DNA of 64,000 nt from Raillietiella orientalis (taxonomy: Eukaryota). The position numbers and the translations under genes are program-made. This document shows, piece after piece, positions 1-11,700 of this stretch. Within the stretch, counting starts at the first letter, position 1. Each line of letters opens with the position of its first letter. The stretch lies in contig JAYWIR010000042.1 of the NCBI GenBank assembly GCA_036172245.1, forward strand, positions 620,001-684,000, in the 5' to 3' direction. The notes under the pieces were generated by a model. That model saw only the letters and a list, made by a program, of their open reading frames with translations, did not search any database and was not told the DNA's origin.

Positions 1-1499
1 CACTGCAGTTGTCGCCATGGCTACTGAGATGAAATCATTCTGCTACTGTATGTAAAGAGTCGAAAATGGAGATAAACCTCTACAAATAAGTAAACAAACT
101 TAGGAGAGAGCAGAAGGAAGAAACCTGTCAGCGTTTCCGCCGGCGACAGTATGAAAATCATAAAAAACTCAGAACTGGAACACAGAGCCAAAAGGAGTTC
201 GGTTCGAATACCAACGTAGCTGCTAGTCCACCTCGACCACAGAAAGTGCCACTTTTCTTTTTGAACACAGTGGTCCCCTGTGTTGACTCATTCATGGCTT
301 GCAGCATCATAATAGTAATAGGAGAAACAGAATGCCCGCAAAAGCATTTTCAGAACACCCAGGTAGTACTCTGAAATGCAATAGCAGTCGATTCCTTTTA
401 AAACAAATGGAAGGCGCGAGCTTCGATGTTTAAGGCAGGAAGGGGACTTAGACGAGAAAGAGCAAACCCTTGCAAATTCGAAACCAATTTGGTGATACAT
501 CCTAAGGTTTGGTACAGGATCATGGGAAGTACCTCGTGAAGTGCATAGGCTAAAGATGAAGAGGAGGATTACACTGTCATAAGTGAATATTCCTCCGAAG
601 TCATATGCAAATACGCCAATAGTGTGAGTCGTTCTAATGCGGTTCTCTTAAAACCCTTCGAATCCCATATTTCCAGAATTGCACCTCATGCAGAAAAATC
701 CTGGAATCACAGGAAAATGGCATTTCTTCGACTTCCTAACTGATCCTTCTAAATTTCTCCTTTTTCTCATTTCAGCCTTCCACAACGGTCATGCACAATC
801 GCGCCCACTAATAAAGTATTATTCAACCAAAACGACAAATTTCCGGGATCGTTGCTACGCAGCAGCTTGGACGGTACCGATGAAATGATTACGAGAGGCA
901 ATGATGAAATCACTCGATTGGCATAGAAGACAAACGAGATGCGGCGCAGAACGAAAAAGAAGGCTTCGTTCTTCAAGTTTCACCGAGACCAAGCGAACTT
1001 CCGTTGGTTTGAAGACACTTTGCTTCCTGCTTCCCTGAGTTGATCCGAGGTTTGTGAAATTTGTTTGCATTAGGAGTCCCATTCCCAATCGCCCGGCGAG
1101 TGCAGTTTTCCACAAGAGACTTCCACAAGAGACCTGCAAGGGTATTCGAGCATGAAAGTGTTGCAAACGGGTTAAAGAACGTGCGTGGATGAGAAACTGG
1201 TTATAGATCAGCTCTGTAGAAGGAAACTCCGAGAATTCGCTGCATCCCAATCTTCTAGCATCAGGTTCCTCTTAAGCAGTCGCTACTGATTTTAACGACG
1301 GTCCACGACTTGAAGTTGCCTTTTTTAGTATTCGGAATCGTTTTTCCTATTTTTATGCAAGTTGTCGCTTCTTGGAGTGAAGAGAGCAAAGGATCCACGT
1401 GTTCGCCCAGTATTAATGCAGAAAAGGAATGTTAATGCGGAATACTGCAAAGCTGATAATACGGAAAGAAAGAGAAAGCATTTGGTATAGGAAAGTTGC

Positions 1500-1720
1500 A
1501 TTTCGAAGAATCCAAAGCAAACCAAGAGGGTCTTTTCAGGAAAGTCCGTGCCGAAAAGTTGCATCACTATCGAAGAATAATCTCAAAAATTCGGAATTTG
1601 GACATCTACCTACACGTCCCGCATCAGGAGCAGTCAACTACTGCATCTTCTGCATTCTGGACTCGAGAATCTGCGCGTGATGTATCTTCCGTTCAATCAT
1701 CCGACGTACAACAGTGAACG
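1500..1720 (+). mobile_element. hAT transposase C-terminal dimerization-domain remnant
   Basis: Joining two frames gives GLFRKVRAEKL...DIYLHVP/ASGAVNYCIFC, resembling the hAT motif W...P.L..LA..YL.VPASSA..ER.FS. Frameshifted. Confidence 0.4.
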
Positions 1721-4019
1721 CAAGAAATCCTGGTAACCCTTTCTCAAGTACCATGGACACAACCCTTTTACTATTATCAAGAAGACTAAGTGCACTGGAG
1801 CCGAACATTGAAATGCAAAGAAATGGGACCTTCAGGAGCGTGTGCTCCCATTTCCGCTCCCGTCCGATTTAATAGATTAGCATCCTCAATCTCTGGTATC
1901 TGAATTTGACGAACAGGATGTTCCAGAATTTTCTATTGCCACGAGAACAGGTTTTCAGTCTTTGTGGATTTTAAACAATCTACCGGCTGCAGGTTTTGCA
2001 GATGAATTGATTTTAATTTTCAGAGCCAGATGATCTCAGCGTCTCTTAAGGAAACGAAAGTCTCAGCGAAAGATGTTCCACCTGACAGGAGATGGCCATT
2101 GCAAAGACAACTGTAATTCTGGCAGGCAGATATCTCCGTGAGCTTGCTAAATCTTCTAAAGCAGCAAGATTTACTCCACTTTACTGAATTTCTTCGGAGC
2201 ATTAAGATTTGGAACAATGAATAGCATCGGCAATCAGCAACGGAGCCTTTGATCCTTTGATGCAGCTACTGATGTATGAAGATACGAGAAATTGTGGGAT
2301 AGGCAAACGAATGTATTTCTTCTAACTTCTGAATGAAAATTCGGTTTTCCTTCATTCTGCATTTCGGATACGATCTTCCCACTGTTTTTATGATGCGCCA
2401 GAAACGAGAAAAAAAAAAAAGAAAAAGTCGCTGCTTCCTTTTCTGATTCAATAACCGAAGGACCTCTCATCTGGAAAGCATCCTTGAAAATCACAGGAGG
2501 GATTTCGCACAATTTCTTCTGGAAAAGTATAAAGCGAAGTGAGATAGGTCGCGACTGTTTTCCAAGCTCCGCAAGGGGCTCGTAAACTGACCATCCTCGA
2601 AAAATGTCAAACCAAACTAAGCAACACATATGCAAATATGCAGTGGGGGATTCTCTCTTCGCACACATAAGAAACAGCAATTTGCATACTCGGGATGATA
2701 AACAGTGTTCCAGAAATAATTGCCCTCTGACCCACGACTCAAAGCATGTGCGTGTCTATTCCTCAAGTATTATGTGAATCAAATGACTGATTGCATAAGA
2801 AACGCCTCGTCTTCACACCTCATCAGGATCTCCAAAGTCCGCGACTTCCCATACATGCACCGGATAGACCGGACATTTCCGGCGGATAGATCGGTGATTA
2901 GGTGATATCCTCAAGATATCCTTAAGCGATCGATGATCCATCCCTGGTCACTTTCCAATTAACCCCCAGGCACCGCCGTGAAGAATGAAAAATGTCACCA
3001 AATTCCTCGCTGCTTGGTTGCCACTTTATTTTTGTCAGGCGAGCATTGGTCAGTGTCCGATCCTTCACCTGAACTCGGACATTTTGCCCAAGTGGTGCGA
3101 ACTAATTAACGTCCACTATCGGAACACGAACGAATAGGCGCTTATGGAGCGACGTCGAAAAGGGGTTTCAATCAAAATGGTACGTTTACCTGTTGTACAG
3201 CAGCACATCCGGCTTCCATATCTTGTTGGGAGGGATTCTCAAGTCTTGAATGTTTCCGTACTCGCTCTCATTCCATTTCAGATTCGTATCTTCCCAAACC
3301 TAACACATGAACTTCCTTGAAAAAGCTGTGCTCACCTTTCAGCGAGCACAGGGTGAGATTTCATGCAGATGTCTTGTGAGCTGCTCCATGCATCATGCAC
3401 ACGAAACTCACACAAAGACTAGTTTTGGCTGCCACAGAGCAGGGTTGCCACACCTTAGCTCCAACAGTACAAGACTGGCTTCTAAGCAGTTTCGTTCTTA
3501 GAGACAAGACATCCACTTTAGAGAGGGGAAAGTCTACCAGCGTTTCAATCGCAGCGGTTAGCGCTGGACGTGAGAAATCTTTGAACTTGCGTGAGGCAAA
3601 TGCTCTTTTCAAGTTCTTTGCATGCATGATGGCTCAGGTTTTTTTCTCCTTGTCATGTATAATGGTAACCTTCCATGAAAATGAAATGTCTCCGAAACAG
3701 GTGGAAAAAATGTACTTGGGGAGACCAGAATGAGAATCACTTTTATGACAGGTTTTCCAAAGGAGGAGTTTCCGTTCTTAATGAGTGGGAGTTTCCGAGC
3801 AGTCGTCGCCTTATGAGTGAAACTCGAGCTCAGCTAAGGTGTTGAGTTGCCACTCACGACATCCCCCCCTATCACCGCCCCAAAATATATAAAAACTTGC
3901 GAAAGGGAAACCTCCTCCGATTCCTTATGACAACGAGTGATTATTTAATGATTTCCCGCCTAGTCCCATTTGCAGTATAAGGAGTAATTACTACGTGCTG
4001 GCAAGCAAGTGCAGAACAG

Positions 4020-4215
4020 TTTCGGGAAATGCAGCACAGACCTCGCTTCCCACGGCACAGAAGGGTTGCGATTTCGCCCCGTTGTGGCGGAGTAAGAAAA
4101 CACAGTCCGGCTGTCCAATTACTCCGACTATGCTTTAATTGCCACATAAGTTATTCCTCTAGTCGAAAAAATCTCTTCAAGATGTTCGCCCGCCACCACA
4201 CGAAAGTGCTAATCT
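4020..4215 (+). mobile_element. BEL/Pao LTR retrotransposon Gag zinc-knuckle remnant
   Basis: ORF 4029-4256 contains LRLCFNCH...FARHHTKVL, matching the BEL Gag pattern LCFNCL...H...C...HHTLLH. Confidence 0.5.
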
Positions 4216-4949
4216 CCGCGTCTCATATTTCTGATTTCCCCGGAGAAATGCAATAAGCCGCCTTGATGACGGCCGTGTTTTTCGGATCGGGAAGGTTATC
4301 AGCAGCTGACTCGGTTCCACGTGACCATCTCGGAATAAAAGGTGTTTTTAAAAGGGGATCGAAATTCCCGTACGGGCAGCTTAATTTCGAATGAATGTCT
4401 GGGAATGAAACTGTGCAGCCGAGCATGCATCTTTGGCAAAATCTGGCACGATGAGTACGAGGCCATGCTCCAGATATGAGCCGAAACCCGCCATGCGCTT
4501 GCTCATGCTTTTGGGACCTCCTTGCATTCACTATGAGCCGAAAGCATGCTGTTTGCCGGCCACTCATAACACAGTGAAGAGACAGTGACGTCTATAATGA
4601 GCATGCGTGTCACTGTATTACAGGATTAGTACACTGGCAGTAGTAATAAACTCGTTCAGGCCATTCTACAGAACTAAAATTAAATGACATTGATAACTGG
4701 AATCAACTCACCATCCTTAGCCACAAGTTCGATATCAGTAGCTGATTCTTTTCATCCTAAATAATTCAATGGAAACAATTAGAATATAGAAAATGAGTTT
4801 GCAACATGGTTTCTCTACAAAACACAGATCATCAGAAAGTCGGGATCGAAGCATTTCAGTTGGCCGAATTGAGCACGGAGTGGCTGCTCCCGAAACTGTG
4901 GGCGCAGTCCCCAAATTAGCCACGGCAGTAAGGAGATGAGGAAATTCGT

Positions 4950-5400
4950 TCGAAATCGCAATACAAGGAGGAAGCATCGCCCATTTAGAAAGTAACGTAA
5001 TTTCAGTGTTTGCCTGCACCAAAGGAAGTAAAAAAAAAAGGCACCAAAATCACCACAGATATCAACCAGGAAGCACACACTTGAGTGTGTGCTTCCTGTG
5101 AGAATGGGGATTGTGGACGCAAAAAAAAAACTCCACCTAGTCGCCAACGGTCCACTTCATGTTCGGAAAAGAGATACAGTTACATCGCACTGCGTTGCAG
5201 CACTCTAGAAGAAAGCACCTTTCCATACGTACACTTTGCGAGATGTACATCGGCAAAAGTGTACCGATTGCAGACAGAATCGGGAACTTCCTTTTTAGCG
5301 GTTACTGTGCTGACGGACTGACTGCACGCCGTGGAAACGCCGATTTCGTGTCGAGGATGCCCATCGGTCAGGGACCGCTTTCTAATGAATGCAATTTTTT
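4950..5400 (+). mobile_element. Ty3/Gypsy pol RNase H remnant
   Basis: Ordered motifs across frames: TDINQ (cf. TDAS), LECVL (cf. LGAVL), SEKRYSYI (cf. E.RYS.IE), MYIGK/YRLQT (cf. YL.G..F.L.TD), GNADFVSRMP (cf. N..AD.LSR.P). Confidence 0.6.
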
Positions 5401-5949
5401 TAATTCTTCGAGGTAAGAAATTGCCTCTGATGGCGAAATTGGGCGTCGATCATTTTTTTTTTTCAAGCTAGGGTCGAGCGGTATATCAGGGAAGCGCGTA
5501 CTCTGAACGATTCTCACAAGCCCACAGAATCTTTTGGAAAAGAAATCGGAAATCAGAAGGAGCTTCCAGTCCCAGCTTCCGCATCCAGTTTCCGTGCGGG
5601 CAGCGAACATCGCAATTTGCATCTCTTCTCCTTCTGCTGACATGAAAGCTCAAGTGTTCGACATGCCACATGTAGTGAAAGCTCAAAGAGCATCGCATGC
5701 ACCAATGGAATGAGGACTGAATTCGTGATTGGCTACATTCGTCCACGAACGGGTCCATGCATGTCTCTTATTTCGAAGAGCAGAAACGAGTCGCATTCTC
5801 TTCGAATTCCGTCCCTCGATTTTCAGCATCCGTTTTAGAACTGCAGGTGTCTAAAATATGGAATGAGCACAGCTGTGCGCCGTATCTTGAAGAGGGAGAC
5901 AATTTGTCTACTCGCCTTCTGCATCAGTTGGGGCCGGGAACGAGGAAGA

Positions 5950-7000
5950 CGAAAATTCAGCTTCGAAATTCAGTCCTCTCTTTCATCTCTTCCTCGCCAA
6001 TCACTGAATCTTTCTGGACGCGAACACGCCGAACGCGCATCCTGTCCAAGTCTGCCTGCTGAAGCTGATTTTTGAAAACCCGCATCTCTGGCAAGCAAAT
6101 CCATGGATCGCGGATTCTAGCAAGACAAGTGTAGAAGAATGTCCTTGCGCTCCGACCTTTCGGACATGGCCGGACACTTTGAAGAGGACTCGGAGAATAG
6201 AAATCCAAGCTGCAACCTCATAATTATTCGGATCTCTTGCCAGCTGAACCTCTGACACTAAGTTTCATCAGTCGGTGCCTGAAAATCGTCCTCTTCAACC
6301 GTGGAGACATCACAGTCAGCAGTGCTGAGCCTCAGGAAGCAGGAAACCAGACATCACTGCGTGTTTTCATCCACTCAACGACAGCCGAATGTTCATTTTG
6401 CATTGGCAGACATCAGGGAGCCAACGTTTCCCTGAGTTTGCATCTGAGATGCTCAGCACGCCCAGGGTCTTCAAAGATTCTTGGAGTTTCGGAAGTATGC
6501 ACTGCGTTTGAAAAGCACATTTTTTTCTGGAGTACCTAAATGACCATGGACCGCAGGGTGACGATGAGTCAAGGCGACTGACCCCAGGTGCCACTCCTTG
6601 GGCCGGCGTACTCTGCACCAAACGTGGAACGACTTTTTCCACCACTTGCAGAGGAGCCAGTCAACAGCAATTTTTTCAACGGAAGCGCCTCTTGGTCACG
6701 CTTAAATGGTATTTCCCAAAGTGTACCATAGCTTGTACAAGACTCTAGCTTCCTGCTAGGCACCAGCAACGCTCAATGGGTGCTTCGGAAAAAACGTGAT
6801 CTCCCTGCTTTCCTGTATAGTTCATTCGGCTTAAAAGAGCTGCGTGTCATGGAAATCACAGCGTTGCAGAGTCCTGCTGTAGGAGATTCTCATCATCCAT
6901 CCTTGGAAACCTTCGAGATGGGATCGAGTCTTTCCCAGCTGATTAACAGAATCTTCACTCTGTGGTGGAGGAGCCCATTCCCTCCAAAATTCACGTAACG
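5950..7000 (-). mobile_element. Ty3/Gypsy pol remnant (RNase H end plus integrase)
   Basis: In order on the minus strand: QGWMMRI..LQRCDF (cf. RW.L.LQ.YDF), RRPKEWH...THRHPAVHGHLG (integrase HH), ILRVLFKVSGHVRKVGAQG (cf. LF...G.P..I.SDQG), GEEEMKERT (cf. NG..ER..RT). Confidence 0.5.
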
Positions 7001-7959
7001 AATGCGGGAGATTCGGAAATAGACGGGGGATTAATGGAGGAGTGGAGTAGAAGACGTCAATGATTTTCTTTTTTGACAGCTGAAATAATTTGGAAAGAAA
7101 TAATAAAATAATAAAATACATTGGCTCGGGGAAAGCTCCAAGCGTGTGTACGGGTGACACCAACACTGTCAGTGCACCATGGAACGTGCCGGGATTCAGG
7201 TTTCTCTTCTCCTTTTGTTATAACATTTGCAAACATTCCCTTCGACAGCGTCCCCTTTCGGGCTTTCGGTAGGCGAGGAGCACTTGAAAAATGTACACCC
7301 GGCAAGCAGTAGTTCGATTTCTTTAATGAAACAGTGACTGACGGCCGAGTTTGTGGTCTCGTGAGCGTAAGCTGCTATTCCTCATCATCAGGTGAACGAA
7401 GGTCATCTCGCAACGATCAGCTGATTATGAGTAACCCACGTCGTTTAGGTGGAAGCGGAACTCGTTTTACCCGTTTTTTCTTACAGCCCGTTTCGAGCTC
7501 GGGCAAATGGGAGCCCTTCGAAAATCGATCTCGAGAGTACAAAGGCGTCTGATGCACCTCTGAGCAAGAGTCTTGAACTTGCATCAATCTTCCAAATGAG
7601 TTACCTCCAGTGCTATAGGACGAGTTACTTTTTCTTCGTAGGAGCTATTCATCCTTCAAGAAAATTAATCAAAGGAATCAATCGAGATAATCAGCCCTCT
7701 AGTCCGTAAGGATGATTTCTTCGTGCTCGATTCCCTTTGTGTGAACTTGAGAAAAATCCCATTACGAGAAATTTCCGATAATTTTCAGTCACCTCATAGA
7801 GAATCCTTCATCTTTTCTTAATTCCCTAAACGGGAAAGGATCCACAAAAATCCACACAAATTTGGGGTGAAGGTGCAATCAATTTTTAAGGAGCGTTTCT
7901 ATCAGAACCAGTTCAGTCGCAGCATCCAGTCGGTCCACGAATAAACTGCACAGATGAGA

Positions 7960-8750
7960 TGATCAGCTGAAATTCCACTTTCCGTGACCGCAGACGAAAT
8001 TCTCTCTCGCCACCTCAACAGTGGATGCTTCCACGCAGCACTGTGTCCACCACACTTTTGGTGCCCATCCCAATAAACCGATTCAGTTCTCGCGAGCGGG
8101 TGCAGAGGGCATTCTACTGCCATCGGCTGCAGACGCTCCGCACTGGATTTCAAAAGCATGTCCTCAGTGGTTTTTTCCACGGCAACGTTCATAAAATCGT
8201 GCTACCCACGCGGGCCAAGGACGACCAGCTTTAGGGATGGGCTGAAGAATTTCAGGGGACAATGCTGCTCGGGAACCCGGCAGACATGCGAGCCGGCGTC
8301 GTCAACCATCCCTACTCAAATCAGGAGACAAAGGAATCTTCCTTACTGCCTTGCCTTCAGATTTTTCAAAAATCATAATTCACAAATTCTTAGATCCAGG
8401 AACGCGTCTTGTGAACGCATAGATCGATGGATCCAGATTCGGCAAAACTCAATGAATAAATCCTGGTTTTCTTCGTGCATCCCCAGGATTAGGGAATAAT
8501 ATCGATCTGTGAAGACTTGCTATGGAGATAGAGCTCATCCTTGTTCTCAAAGGTCCGCGAAAACAAGAAGCAAACCACCAAGTGCAGTGAAACTCAGAAA
8601 GCACACTTTGAGAAGAGGACACTTTCTGAAGAATTTTGCATTCGCATTTCATACGAGGCGTCACCGTCTCCATGCCGTAATGCTCTTTTCTTCCTCAGAG
8701 CAAGAGAGGAATTGGATCCTCAGGAAGGGCAAACGTCCTTAAGCGATGTC
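7960..8750 (+). pseudogene. Possible endogenous viral element: rhabdovirus-like glycoprotein remnant
   Basis: Ordered fragments VTADEIL, RAFYCHR..T....L.G....IVLPT, NHPYSNQ, SCERIDRWI, KTCYG and CRNALFFLRAREELDP resemble rhabdovirus G landmarks (GWMCH..TP, D(P/E)Y, C....WI, CG, CQETWSKIRAG.PISP). Heavily frameshifted. Confidence 0.4.
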
Positions 8751-11700
8751 CCACTGCTCGACATCAGTAGCAGAGCAGGGGTCAATGCCTGCAAGAAGTC
8801 ACTCATTCAATGGAAGTCACTCACTCTCTCTTCACTTCATCGGAATATCATTTGTGGCTTCCACCACATGGAATTTCTTTCAAATGAAGTCGCTGTGATT
8901 GGGCACTCGCGGTTCTGTGCGAATGCTCTCGGGCTTTATCGTTTAGTGTGGATTTGGCTTGGAATCTATCAAGCTGGAATTCTGCAAGGTAATTTTCTAC
9001 TTCCTCGAAAGGCAAAAAGTATTTGCGTCCATCTAATCCTTCAGTCGAATATGTGTTGGGGCATTTGGCTCCCCGAAATCAGCACCCAATGGGAATGCAA
9101 ACGTCCACCGCCCGCCTGATTGCAGCTGAAGGTCTCCATGCTTAACTCCCTAAGTTATCCAGAAAGCATCTTCGGAAACTGGAAACTCAGAAAAAGAAAT
9201 AAAAAGAGTCCTAGCCGTGCCTCTTTCCAAAGGAAGCGAAAGTACTTGAAAGCGTGGATGAAATTCACTCGGAACATGAAGAGCAGTTCAAGTCTTTGAA
9301 GTATCTTGATGTGTGGATACGAAAACGATCTCCTTCGACAGATCGTCAGCACAGGAAGAGATGCCAAATAAAGCGTTTCATCCAAATGAGGAAGGTGGAT
9401 CCATAGGAAGGATCACCACTTAGTGGATAAGAAACGGTTTACGCACATAATTTGCAATCTACGAGTTCTGTAGTCCTCGGACACAGCTATTTTCTCACAA
9501 AGGTGTATCCAAATGCGTTGGCTTATGCGTCGATGTCTACGAAGGCGATTCGCATGTAGTGCACCGGCACACTTCCTGCAGAGTTCTGCGGTGTTCCGTA
9601 AGTGGGAGGATACTATCCTCAGAGTCCTTCAGCTTGAGGGAAATTTCGGCCACATGATAATCTGGTCCTCCAGCGTGGCTCATAACGCAAGACGTCAAGG
9701 AATCATTGGGATGGCCGAACAGCGTTTTCCTTGGCGAACCTTCTTCTGCCCTTACATCCGTGGAGTCCATCTTATCTTCCCGCGTTCGCTTTCTCGAGTA
9801 CTTTTCCAGAATAAATCTCAAGGAAAAAATGGATTTGAAAAAAAAGTCCTCATTCGAAATCAAATATAGAAGCTTTATCTCTCCTGAATTCACGAGCATC
9901 GTCACTTGAATTTCCAGATGATGACTCACATTATGGCTTCTGTTCATTTCAATTAGGACTGACTGAGTACATGCATTCACCATTGAGTTGTGAAGTATGT
10001 TAGTAGTTCCAGGCTAAATGTAGTTGCATGTCGTATGCGTTTTTTGATAACAAGAAAGTGCTGCGGGACAAAGTTCAAACTGAAATGATGGCAGTCTCGG
10101 TGGATGCTCAGAGTACTTAGCAATGAAAGATTAATCGGAAGTTCGAATTCTCGAAGGTGACGAGACTGACGCAACACAGCTTTTCGGTAGAGAAGGAGGA
10201 GGATTTTCCAGATGTTTCCTCATTCGCTGGATGCACACAGACATAGGACATATCAAACGAAGCGTTTCGAGACGAGACCTGTGCTTAAGAAAATTCCTTA
10301 AAACGGAGCATGAAACCCAGTTTTCTCCATTGGTACGAATTTGTAGGTATCCAATTCTGGAAGCAGTAAGACGGGGATGCTGAATTCCAATGCTGGGAAT
10401 CTGTTTCCAGGTGAAGTATCCCTGGGTGACGAATCAATCGGATATAACGAATAAACAGGGGAATGCAAGCTAATAAACGCGTCTACTATATTCCATATTC
10501 CATCAATTGGTCTTGCAATGAGGTTCACTACGTGGAAGCGTCCATGGAAAAGTGACAGACAACCAACCGTGACAGGCGTTCCTGGAAAATAACCCTCGGA
10601 ACCACAGGAAGGCTGCTTTTCCGAAATAAAAAGTGCACCGTCGGATTCTCAATACGTGACTGGACATTTCACACACAGCGAAGTAGGAACAAAAACGAAA
10701 AGTGAATAACTAGGCAGGGGACTTGGAAAACTCGAGTTCTGACCCCTTCGTCGTACGGTCTACTCTAATGACTTGCAGAGAATCCCTTATTCTGAACACA
10801 AATGCCTTCCTACAGTTATGCTTTTCGGCTCTTGTCTCTCTGATCACTGATCTCAGGAACGAGGATGTTTGTCAGGTCTGCTGGAAGGAATTTTCGAAAA
10901 CGAACCGGAGTAAATGGGGGGTATCAGTGGGCGGGGTCAAAGTCACGGTCAACACGCCTGCACTTTTGTCAAAGTTTGGTTTTCCGTACAGTGGTGCGGC
11001 CTGGGAAGGTCGAATGATTCGGCTGCGGCCACGGGAAGTTCCCATTGGAAATGCGAAAAGACAGAATGATGGCACTGATCTGGTTGATTCTATCCGATTA
11101 CATCTTCTTAACGGGCACATTCAAGAGAATGAATGACCAGCGCTGATTAAAAACACCCTCATGAATCAGAGAGCCGCAGTAAAGTCACTCTTTCAGAGTG
11201 TCCAAATGTCGATATCGTTCTCAGCTGGGCTTCCGAGTTCGTTCCTTCCCAGCTTTCGAATGCTCCTTCCTTGCAGCTGATCTTCATCCTTCACAACTAA
11301 TTACTGATTCTCATCCCTCTCCCCTCTCGAACAATGATCAGATGATTTTCAGAGCCAGTGGTTTTCCGGTATTCTGAATGGCAGCTCATAGATGAAGATA
11401 ATGCACGTCCGAGAAGATCTTTCTGGCAACATTATGAAGGGGAAGATTGCATGATTGATTCGCGCTCTAGGCCTTAAGTTTAAAAAAAGTTCCATTGATG
11501 AAAGTGAGTAGCAAACCAAATGCCCAAAGAATCTTCCGAAAAAATTAAAAGCCATGGCCAGAAAAAAGTCACCGCAGCTCTCCTCTCTGATTTTCGTTGA
11601 GCACTCTGGAGAATGGTGAATGTCTGAGAGTCCGAAAAGGCGTGCAATTTTTTGGGGGCTTTCTACGAAACTCCATTTCCTGTTTTGAAAACTGTGACGA

